Part shown: piece after piece, positions 24,358-34,878 of the stretch
Layout: each line of letters begins with the position of its first letter
Numbering within the stretch: position 1 is the first letter of the stretch
Origin: Squalus acanthias
Lineage: Eukaryota
NCBI GenBank assembly: GCA_030390025.1
Contig: CM059431.1
Span: 157,482,001 to 157,546,000 of the forward strand
DNA: 64,000 nt
Direction of reading: 5' to 3'
Notes under the pieces: generated by a model
What the model saw: the letters and a program-made list of their open reading frames with translations, nothing else
Told to the model about the DNA's origin: nothing
The model's database searches: none
Translations under genes and position numbers: made by a program

Positions 24358-26255
24358 AATAAGAACATAAGAACATAAGAAATAGGAGCAGGAGTAGGCC
24401 AATCGGCCCCTCGAGCCTGCTCCGCCATTCAATAAGATCATGGCTGATCCGATCCTAACCGCCAATCTACTATCACAGAAACATCTCCTGCATCTAACAG
24501 AATTGCACGCACGAAATAGGAGCAGAATCAGGCTACACGGTCCCTGGGCCCGCTCCACTACCCACAGGGCCATGACCGATCCGAACCTAGACTCATGTCC
24601 AAATTCCTGCCCGCTCCCCGTAACCCTTAATGCCCTTTACTTCTAGGAAACTGTCTATTTCTGTTTTAAATTTATTTAATGATGTAGATTCTACAGCTTT
24701 TTGTGGCAGCATATTCCATGGACCTACCACCCTCTGAGTGAAGTAGTTCCTCCTCATCTCAGTTTTGAAAGAGCAGCCCCTTATTCTAAGACTATGTCCC
24801 CTAGTTCTAGTCTCACCCGTCATCGGGAACATCCTCCCCGCATCCACCCGATCCAACCCCTTCACAATCTTATATGTTTCAATAAGATCGCCTCTCATTC
24901 TTCTGAACTCCAATGAGTAGAGTCCCAATCTACACAACCTCTCCTCATATGACCACCCCCTCATCCCCGGGATTAACCGAGTGAACCTTTTTTGCACTGC
25001 CTCGAGAGCAAGGATGTATTTCCTTAAGTAAGGACACCAAAACTGTATGCAGTATTCCAGGTGCGGTCTCACCAATACCTTGTACAACTGAAGCAATACC
25101 TCCCTATTTTTTATATTCTATCCCCCTAGCAATGAAAGCCAACATTCCATTTGCCTTCTTAATCACTTACTGCACCTGCATACTAACCTTTTGAGTTTCG
25201 TGCACCAGGACCCCCAGATCCCTTTGCACTTCAGTACTCTCCAGTTTCTTACCATTAAGATAATAAATTGCTCTAGGATTTTTCCTGCCAAAGTGCATCA
25301 CCTCACACTTTCCAGTGTTGTATTCCATCTGCCAAATCTCTGCCCACTTACTCAGCCTGTCTATGTCCCCTTGCAGGTTTTTTATGTCCTCCTCACTCAC
25401 TACTTTCCCTCCCATCTTTGTATCATCTGCAAATTTTGATATGTTACACTTGGTCCCTTCCTCCAAATCGTTAATATAGATTGTAAACAGTTGGGGACCC
25501 AGCACTGACCCCTGTGGAACACCACTAGTTACTGATTGCCAGTCTGAGAATGAACCATTTATCCCAACTCTTTGCTTTCTGTTAGATAGCTAATCCTCTA
25601 TCCATGCCAGAATATTACCCCCAATCCCGTGATTTTTTACCTTAAGCAATAATCTTTTATGTGGCACCTTGTCAAATGCCTTTTGGAAGTCTAAATACAC
25701 TACGTCCACTGGTTCCCCTTTATCCACTCTATATGTTACTTCCTCAAAGAACTCCAGCAAATTTGTCAAACATGACTTCCCCTTCGTAAAACCATGCTGA
25801 CTTTGTCCTATTAAATTATGATTATCCAAATGTCCTGTTACTGTTTCCTTAATAATGGACTCCAAAATTTTACCTACCACAGATGTTAGGCTAACCGGTC
25901 TATAGTTACCAGCCTTCTGTCTACTGCCCTTTTTAAATAAGGGTGTTACATTAGCAGTTTTCCAGTCTGCCAGGACCTTAGCGGAATCCAGGGAGTTTTG
26001 AAAAATTATTACCAATGCATCTACAATCCCTACCGCCACTTCCTTCAAGACTCTAGGATGTAAGCCATCAGGTCCAGGTGATTTATCCACCTTGAGTCCC
26101 ATTATTTTACCGAGTAACACTTCCTTAGTGATTTTGATCGTGTTTAGCTCCTCTCCCCCTATAGCCCCCTGTTTGTCCAGTGTTGGGATATTCTTAGTGT
26201 CCTCTACTGTAAAGACTGATACAAAATATTCATTCAGTGTTTTTGCCATCTCCAT
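24358..26255 (-). mobile_element. 5'-truncated CR1 LINE with duplicated 3' UTR module
   Basis: RT split by stops at 25590 and 25167 and a +1 in an A-run near 25110; (ataagaac)n tail at 24358-24380. Confidence 0.95.
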
Positions 26256-26450
26256 AAAGTCTGTGCTGTTGGGATTCTCAGTGCAGCTCCTCACCTTTCC
26301 AATCATTGATGAAGCTTCCTGTTTCATCCCATTTTTTTCGTTCTGTGTGTGGATCCCACCAGATCTGCTATGTGAAACCAGAGTACTTTCTCTCGTCCCA
26401 GTTAGTGTGGTGCTGATTCAATTTTGCTCTATCTACCTTCCAGAGATAAG

Positions 26451-27242
26451 TTTTATTCGTTTATGTGTGTGCCGCTGGCAAGTACAGCTGTTATTACCCA
26501 TCCGTAATTGCCCTCGAGAAGGTGGTGGTGAGCCACCTTCTTGAACCGCTGCAGTCCGTGTGTTGAAGGTACTCCCACAGTGCTGTTACGGAGGGACTTA
26601 CAGGATTTTGACCAAGCGACGGTGAAGGATCGGCGATATATTTCTAAGTCAGGATGGTTTGTGACTTGGAGGGGAACTTGGAGGTGGTGGTGTTCCCCTA
26701 CGCCTGCTGCCCTTCTCCATCTAGATGGAAGAGGTTGCGGGTTTGAGAGGTGCTGCCGAAGAAGGCTTGGCGAGTTGCTGCGATGCATCTTGTAGATGGT
26801 GCACACTGCAGCTACGGTATGCCGGTGGTGAAGGGAGTGAATATTTAAGTTGGTGGATGGGGTGCAAATCAAGCGGGCTGCGTGTTCCTGGATGGTGTCG
26901 AGCTTCTTGAGTGTTGTTGCAGTTGCACTCATCCAGGCAAGTGGAGAGTATTCCATCACACTCCTTACTTGTGCCTTGTCGATGGTGGAAAGGATTTGGG
27001 GAGTCAGGAGGTGAGACACTCGCCGCAGAATACCTAACCTCTGACCTGCTCTTGTTGCCACAGTATTTATGTGTCTGGTCCAGTTAAGTTTCTGGTCAAT
27101 GGTGACCCCCAGGATATTGATGGTGGGGGATTCGGCTATGCTAACGCAGTTAAATGTCAAGGGGAGGTGGATAGACTCTCACTTGTTGGAGACAGTCATT
27201 GCCTGGCACTTCTGTGGCGCGAATGTTGCCGGCCACTTATCA
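26451..27242 (-). mobile_element. 3' part of the second (CR1/L2-group) LINE family
   Basis: INILGVTIDQKLNWTRHI...KAQVRSVMEYSPLAW...LDTIQ; host cassette rejoins across it (gagataa|gctcactcc). Confidence 0.9.
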
Positions 27243-28169
27243 GCTCACTCCAAGAATATTTTAACCTCAAATTGATTCATGTTAATTCTGAAATCTGTTA
27301 CTCGAAAACAAGGGGCTAATTTTGCAACTACCAATATATTTAATTTTAATATATTTTCAACTAATGACATTTGGTCGGATGACTTATATTAATATGTAAT
27401 TATTATTTTCTTTCCATGCCACTATTTCTAGCGGCTATACTCACTCACAATGTTTGCTGCCAACTGCTGGTGTGTAACCAGGGGTGGAAACCCATCATCT
27501 GGTGCCAGCTAAAATGGCCGCCACTCAGTGCATTGGAACCGCGATCACTGTACAAGTAAATAAGGAACTGAGTGAGGAACTAGCCAGTAAATAGCAAAGT
27601 TTGAATGATATGCGACTCGTTCTGCAGAGGCCATCCTGAAATACAGAACATCATAAAGACTGTAAAAGGGAACTAAATAAGGAAAAATGGAAGACTGACT
27701 GTGTGCGACGGGTAGCAGGCAGTTTGAATACCCGGCTAGGCGATGATAACAATTAGATAGATTGGGACTCCCCGGAAAATGAGCCGGCTCTTTATCAGGG
27801 TGATGATGAAAGGCCCTCACAACAGGCATCGGGAAGCGCCTTATCTGTCAAGTCATCACCGCCGCCGACAGAGACAGTCCGCCTAGTGGCAGTAGTAACC
27901 CGCACCAACAATTATAACAACATATTTAACCAAGTTAGAACAGAATATTCAGAACAACCCAGACTTCTCAATGATATTGTGGAAAGAGCACAAACATCGG
28001 AATTGTGATTCATTGATATGGATTCCGAACCCAAAGACACTATGCAGAGGTTGTTCAACGATACGGCCTGTGCCAATTTCACACCACAGCCCATATCCAC
28101 TTTTCACACTCCAGCCAGTGCCCCCCTCAGCCCACCCAGTATCCCTCTCTCAAGAAAGCCCGTGCCCCC

Positions 28170-29487
28170 TCTTCACACCAGCATATTCACACCAAAGCCC
28201 GTTCACCCTTCACACCCCAGCCCGTTCACACTTCACACCCCAGCCCGTTCACACTTCACACCCCAGCCCGTGCACCCTGCACACCCCAGCCCGTTCACAC
28301 TTCACACCCCAGCCCGTGCACGCTTCACACCCCAGCCCGTTCACACTTCACAACCCAGCCCGTTCACCCTTCACACCCCAGCCCGTTCACCCTTCACACA
28401 CCAGCACGTTCACCCTTCTCACCCCAGCCCGTTCACCCTTCACACCCCAGCACGTTCAACATTCACACACCAGCCCGTTCACCCTTCACACCCCAGCCCG
28501 TTCACCCTTCACACTCCAGCCCATTTACCGTTCAAACGCCAGCCCGTTCACCCTTCACACCCCAGCACGTTCACCCTTCACACCCCAGCCCGTTCAACTT
28601 TCACACCCCAGCCCGTTCACCCTTCACACCCCAGCCCGTTCACCCTTCACACCCCAGCCCGTTCAACTTTCACACCCAAGCACGTTCACCCTTCACACAC
28701 CAGCCCGTTCACACTTCACTACCCAGCCCGTTCACCCTTCACACCCAAGCACGTTCACACTTCACACACCAGCCTGTTCACTCTTCACACCCCAGCCCGT
28801 TCACCCTTCACACCCCAGCCCGTTCACCGTTCACACACCGGCCCGTTCAACCTTCACACCCCAGCCCGATCAAACGTCACACCCAAGCACGTTCACCCTT
28901 CACACCCCAGCCCGTTTACCCTTCACACTCCAGCCCGTTCACCCTTCACACCCCAGCCCGTTCACACTTAACACACCAGCCCGATCAGCCTTCACACCCC
29001 AGCGCTTTCACCCTTCACACCCCAACCCGTTCACGCTTCACACCCCAACCCGTTCACCATTCAAACCACAGCCTGTTCACGCTTCACACCCCAGCCCGTT
29101 CACGCTTCACACTCCAGCCCGTTCACCCTTCACACACGAGCCCGTTCATCCTTCACACCACAGCCCGTTCACCCTTCACACCAGAGCCCATTCATCCTTC
29201 ACACCCAAGCCCGTTCACCCTTCACACCCCAGCCCGTTCACCCCTCACACCCTAGCCCGTTCTCCCTTCTCACCCCAGCCCTTTCATCCTTCTCACCCCA
29301 GCCCATTCACCCTTCACACCCCAGCCCGTTCACCCTTCACACACCAGCCCGTTCACTCTTCACACCAGAGCCCGTTCACCCTTCACACCCCAGCCCGTTC
29401 ACCCTTCACACACCAGCCCATTCAACCTTCACACCCCAGCCCGTTCACCCTTCACACCCCAGCCCGTTCGCACTTCACCCCCAGCCG
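28170..29487. repeat. 23-bp C-rich minisatellite, about 57 copies
   Basis: Consensus cacaccccagcccgttcaccctt. Confidence 0.95.
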
Positions 29488-29489
29488 GT

Positions 29490-30200
29490 GCCACCCGTTC
29501 TGAAATTCAGCAGCAAATTGCGCATGGCTGAGTCTGGCGGAGGCGTACAGGGAGCGGACCCTCCCCTTCTGCTGTTGCGTGGCTCCCATGTGCCAACGCG
29601 CGTCCCCGCACCTCAGCATCGACACGCTGTGGAAGAGATTCTGACGTCACACGCGATGTGGCCGTGTCTATGACGTCACATGCGCTGTTGCCGGTCCTCT
29701 GATGTCACACGCGCTGCGGGGCTCGCGCTGAAGCGGTTTACCGGCCCCGCGGTTTAAAATCTGGACGCACGTGACCCCGAGCTGTCCTGGGGTTTGATCG
29801 ATACAGTGGGAGGGATCTGTGTGGCAAGGCGGGACTCCGATTGGTGGGAGGGGATGCCACTTTCCTGTATGCAGATAATTGAAAGAGCGAACTCACTGAG
29901 GGACTTTAATTTATGCATGCTCTGTCCAGCACCACTGTTCGCCACGAATGGCGCGAGGTTTTCCAGTAAAATTCGTTTGAAGAGGCAGCAATTCCGGAGC
30001 CAAAATGTTCGGGAAACGGCGGCCACTTCTAACTGGACCAATGAGCGGCGATTGGAGCCGGGTGCTGCGGACGTCCCGGGAGCCGGAACAGAACGCTTCG
30101 AGGTCGGGCGGGAATTTTCTGGTGAGTGTGGGGATCAGAGCGCTGAGCGGGCGGGAATTGTGCGGGTAAGTGACTAGGACTGAGTGCCGCACGGCCGGGG
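29490..30200 (+). promoter_or_regulatory. CpG-island promoter and probable first exon (copy 1, complete)
   Basis: High CpG density; TGACGTCA at 29642 and 29671; CACGTG at 29768; CCAAT/ATTGG at 29840, 30038, 30051; GCGGGAA at 30108 and 30151; donors GTGAGT at 30122 and GTAAGT at 30166. Gene identity unknown. Confidence 0.65.
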
Positions 30201-32096
30201 TTCTAAAGGGGGGAGATGTGTCCGGATAAATCAGCTTTTATATCGAATGTGAATCAGGTTAATCGCTGATCGCTTTTATTTTCGTCTTCTGTCTCTCGCT
30301 CTCCAAAATGATGGAAGTTCCCTCTGTAATTTCCCACACGGAGCCATTGTTCATGCCTAATTTGACTGTTGAATATTATTATTAAGATAATCTCATCATT
30401 CTCATCAGTAGTTAGAAACCTTCCTTCCCCGCCCCAGACCCGGAGACTTTACAGTATGCTGCGACCGGTAGACACAGCCCGGCTGCCAAAGACTGAGAGG
30501 GAGAGAGAGAGAGAGGCCCATTGACTGAGATACAAACTTGTCCTGGAGATGGACCGGGGAGAAAGCTCAGAGAGAGTCCCTTTAACTCAGATGCACACTT
30601 CTCCTGAGATGAACCGGGAAGAAAGGTCATAGAGAGTCCCATTGACTCAAATAAACACTTTTCCTGGAGATGGACTGGGGAGAAAAGTCAGAGAGAGTCC
30701 CATTGACTGAGATACACACTGGTCCTGGAGATGGGCTGTGGAGAAAGGTCAGAGATAGATCCATTGACTCAGATAAACACTGGTCCTGGAGATGGACCGG
30801 GGAGAAAGGCAAGAGAGTGTCACATTGAATCAGATAAACACACTGGTCCTGGAGATGGAACGGGAGAAAGGTCAGAGAGAGTCACATTGACTCATATACA
30901 CATTGGTCCTGGAGATGGACCGGGGAGAAAGGTCAGAGAGAGTCTCAATGACTCAGATACTAACTGGTCCTGCAGATGGACCGGGGAGAAAGGTCAGAGA
31001 GAGTCACATTGACTCAGATACACATTGGTCCAGGAGATGGACCGGGGAGAAAGGTCAGAGAGAGTGACATTAACTGAGATACACACTGGTCCTGGAGATG
31101 GACCGGGGAGAAAGGTCAGAGAGAGTGACATTAACTCAGATACACACTGGTCCTGGAGATGGACAGGGCAGAACGGACAGAGAGAGACCCATTGACACAG
31201 ATGAATACTCGTCCTGGAGATGGACTGGAGAGAAAGGTCAGAGAGAGTCCCATTGACTCAGATACACACTGGTCCTGGAGATGGTCCTGGAGGAAAGGTC
31301 AGAGAGAGTCCCATTGACTCTGATAAACACTGGTCCTGGACATGGATTGGGGAGAAAGGTCAGAGAGAGTCCCATTTACTCAGATACACATTGGTCCTGG
31401 AGATGTACCAGGGAGAAAGATCAGAGAGTCTCCCATTGACTCAGATACACACTGGTCCTGGAGATGGTCGGGAGAAAGCTCAGAGAGAGTCCCATTGACT
31501 CAGATACACACTGGTCCTGGAGGTGCACCCGGGTGAAAAGTCAGAAAAAGTCTCCTTTAAAATTCAGTGGTCCTGGAGATGGACCGCGAGAAATGTCAGA
31601 GAAAGCCCCTTTAACTCAGATGCACACTTGTCCTGAGATGAACCGGGAAGAAAGGTCATAGAGCGTCCCATTGACTCAAATAAACACTTTTGCTGGAGAT
31701 GGACTGGGGAGCAAAGTCAGAGAGATTCCCATTGACTGAGATATACACTGCTCCTGGAGATGGGCTGGGGAGAAAGGTCAGAGATAGTCACATTGACTCA
31801 GATGAACACTGGTCCTGGAGATGGACCGGGGAGAAAGGCCAGAAAGAGTCCCATTGAATCAGATAAACACACTGGTCCTGGAATGGAACGGGAGAAAGGT
31901 CAGAGAGAGTCACATTGACTCAGATACACACTGGTACTGGAGATGGACCGGGCAGAAAGGTCGGAGAGAGTAACATTGACTCAGATACACATTGGTCCTG
32001 GAGATGAACCGGGGAGAAAGGACAGAGAGAGTCCCATTGACTCAGATACACACTGGTCCAAGAGATGGACCGGGGAGAAAGGTCAGAGAGAGTCCC

Positions 32097-32540
32097 ATCT
32101 GGACGCACGTGACCCCGAGCTGTCCTGGGGTTTGATCGATACAGTGGGAGGGATCTGTGTGGCAAGGCGGGACTCCGATTGGTGGGAGGGGATGCCACTT
32201 TCCTGTATGCAGATAATTGAAAGAGCGAACTCACTGAGGGACTTTAATTTATGCATGCTCTGTCCAGCACCACTGTTCGCCACGAATGGCGCGAGGTTTT
32301 CCAGTAAAATTCGTTTGAAGAGGCAGCAATTCCGGAGCCAAAATGTTCGGGAAACGGCGGCCACTTCTAACTGGACCAATGAGCGGCGATTGGAGCCGGG
32401 TGCTGCGGACGTCCCGGGAGCCGGAACAGAACGCTTCGAGGTCGGGCGGGAATTTTCTGGTGAGTGTGGGGATCAGAGCGCTGAGCGGGCGGGAATTGTG
32501 CGGGTAAGTGACTAGGACTGAGTGCCGCACGGCCGGGGTT
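32097..32540 (+). promoter_or_regulatory. Promoter/first-exon copy 2 (lacks upstream CRE region)
   Basis: Appears identical to 29759-30202. Confidence 0.55.
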
Positions 32541-34434
32541 CTAAAGGGGGGAGATGTGTCCGGATAAATCAGCTTTTATATCGAATGTGAATCAGGTTAA
32601 TCGCTGATCGCTTTTATTTTCGTCTTCTGTCTCTCGCTCTCCAAAATGATGGAAGTTCCCTCTGTAATTTCCCACACGGAGCCATTGTTCATGCCTAATT
32701 TGACTGTTGAATATTATTATTAAGATAATCTCATCATTCTCATCAGTAGTTAGAAACCTTCCTTCCCCGCCCCAGACCCGGAGACTTTACAGTATGCTGC
32801 GACCGGTAGACACAGCCCGGCTGCCAAAGACTGAGAGGGAGAGAGAGAGAGAGGCCCATTGACTGAGATACAAACTTGTCCTGGAGATGGACCGGGGAGA
32901 AAGCTCAGAGAGAGTCCCTTTAACTCAGATGCACACTTCTCCTGAGATGAACCGGGAAGAAAGGTCATAGAGAGTCCCATTGACTCAAATAAACACTTTT
33001 CCTGGAGATGGACTGGGGAGAAAAGTCAGAGAGAGTCCCATTGACTGAGATACACACTGGTCCTGGAGATGGGCTGTGGAGAAAGGTCAGAGATAGATCC
33101 ATTGACTCAGATAAACACTGGTCCTGGAGATGGACCGGGGAGAAAGGCAAGAGAGTGTCACATTGAATCAGATAAACACACTGGTCCTGGAGATGGAACG
33201 GGAGAAAGGTCAGAGAGAGTCACATTGACTCATATACACATTGGTCCTGGAGATGGACCGGGGAGAAAGGTCAGAGAGAGTCTCAATGACTCAGATACTA
33301 ACTGGTCCTGCAGATGGACCGGGGAGAAAGGTCAGAGAGAGTCACATTGACTCAGATACACATTGGTCCAGGAGATGGACCGGGGAGAAAGGTCAGAGAG
33401 AGTGACATTAACTGAGATACACACTGGTCCTGGAGATGGACCGGGGAGAAAGGTCAGAGAGAGTGACATTAACTCAGATACACACTGGTCCTGGAGATGG
33501 ACAGGGCAGAACGGACAGAGAGAGACCCATTGACACAGATGAATACTCGTCCTGGAGATGGACTGGAGAGAAAGGTCAGAGAGAGTCCCATTGACTCAGA
33601 TACACACTGGTCCTGGAGATGGTCCTGGAGGAAAGGTCAGAGAGAGTCCCATTGACTCTGATAAACACTGGTCCTGGACATGGATTGGGGAGAAAGGTCA
33701 GAGAGAGTCCCATTTACTCAGATACACATTGGTCCTGGAGATGTACCAGGGAGAAAGATCAGAGAGTCTCCCATTGACTCAGATACACACTGGTCCTGGA
33801 GATGGTCGGGAGAAAGCTCAGAGAGAGTCCCATTGACTCAGATACACACTGGTCCTGGAGGTGCACCCGGGTGAAAAGTCAGAAAAAGTCTCCTTTAAAA
33901 TTCAGTGGTCCTGGAGATGGACCGCGAGAAATGTCAGAGAAAGCCCCTTTAACTCAGATGCACACTTGTCCTGAGATGAACCGGGAAGAAAGGTCATAGA
34001 GCGTCCCATTGACTCAAATAAACACTTTTGCTGGAGATGGACTGGGGAGCAAAGTCAGAGAGATTCCCATTGACTGAGATATACACTGCTCCTGGAGATG
34101 GGCTGGGGAGAAAGGTCAGAGATAGTCACATTGACTCAGATGAACACTGGTCCTGGAGATGGACCGGGGAGAAAGGCCAGAAAGAGTCCCATTGAATCAG
34201 ATAAACACACTGGTCCTGGAATGGAACGGGAGAAAGGTCAGAGAGAGTCACATTGACTCAGATACACACTGGTACTGGAGATGGACCGGGCAGAAAGGTC
34301 GGAGAGAGTAACATTGACTCAGATACACATTGGTCCTGGAGATGAACCGGGGAGAAAGGACAGAGAGAGTCCCATTGACTCAGATACACACTGGTCCAAG
34401 AGATGGACCGGGGAGAAAGGTCAGAGAGAGTCCC

Positions 34435-34878
34435 ATCTGGACGCACGTGACCCCGAGCTGTCCTGGGGTTTGATCGATACAGTGGGAGGGATCTGTGTGG
34501 CAAGGCGGGACTCCGATTGGTGGGAGGGGATGCCACTTTCCTGTATGCAGATAATTGAAAGAGCGAACTCACTGAGGGACTTTAATTTATGCATGCTCTG
34601 TCCAGCACCACTGTTCGCCACGAATGGCGCGAGGTTTTCCAGTAAAATTCGTTTGAAGAGGCAACAATTCCGGAGCCAAAATGTTCGGGAAACGGCGGCC
34701 ACTTCTAACTGGACCAATGAGCGGCGATTGGAGCCGGGTGCTGCGGACGTCCCGGGAGCCGGAACAGAACGCTTCGAGGTCGGGCGGGAATTTTCTGGTG
34801 AGTGTGGGGATCAGAGCGCTGAGCGGGCGGGAATTGTGCGGGTAAGTGACTAGGACTGAGTGCCGCACGGCCGGGGTT
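34435..34878 (+). promoter_or_regulatory. Promoter/first-exon copy 3 (lacks upstream CRE region)
   Basis: Near-identical to copy 1; G>A seen at 34664. Confidence 0.55.

Larger units (their letters stand above)
20825..27505. repeat. Old three-copy tandem segmental duplication (copies begin about 20825, 22705, 24190; copy 3 interrupted by two LINEs)
   Basis: Collinear blocks recur in each copy: catctcac.tacagcatgg, gccgagcc.tt..c.gaaattaaa, cccaccagat.tgct, ttactcgaaaacaa, ctatactca. Confidence 0.9.

Noticed and set aside
25590..26327. Apparent fusion ORF (MKQEASSMIGK... joined to RT)
   Set aside because: Chance in-frame join of host cassette sequence to a truncated CR1; stops at 25590 within the RT
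27511..27895. YY1-like (AAAATGGCCGCC) and CTCF-like (cgcctagtggcag) motifs
   Set aside because: Single short matches with mismatches and no supporting context
27971..29503. 510-aa and 317-aa Pro/His/Thr-rich ORFs
   Set aside because: Translation of the stop-free 23-bp minisatellite; the unit is not a multiple of 3 and the same peptide cycles through all frames
29794..30177. 127-aa ORF (190 aa in copies 2 and 3) over the CpG island
   Set aside because: TTG start in copy 1, no recognisable domain, overlaps promoter motifs; the extension in the copies is satellite read-through
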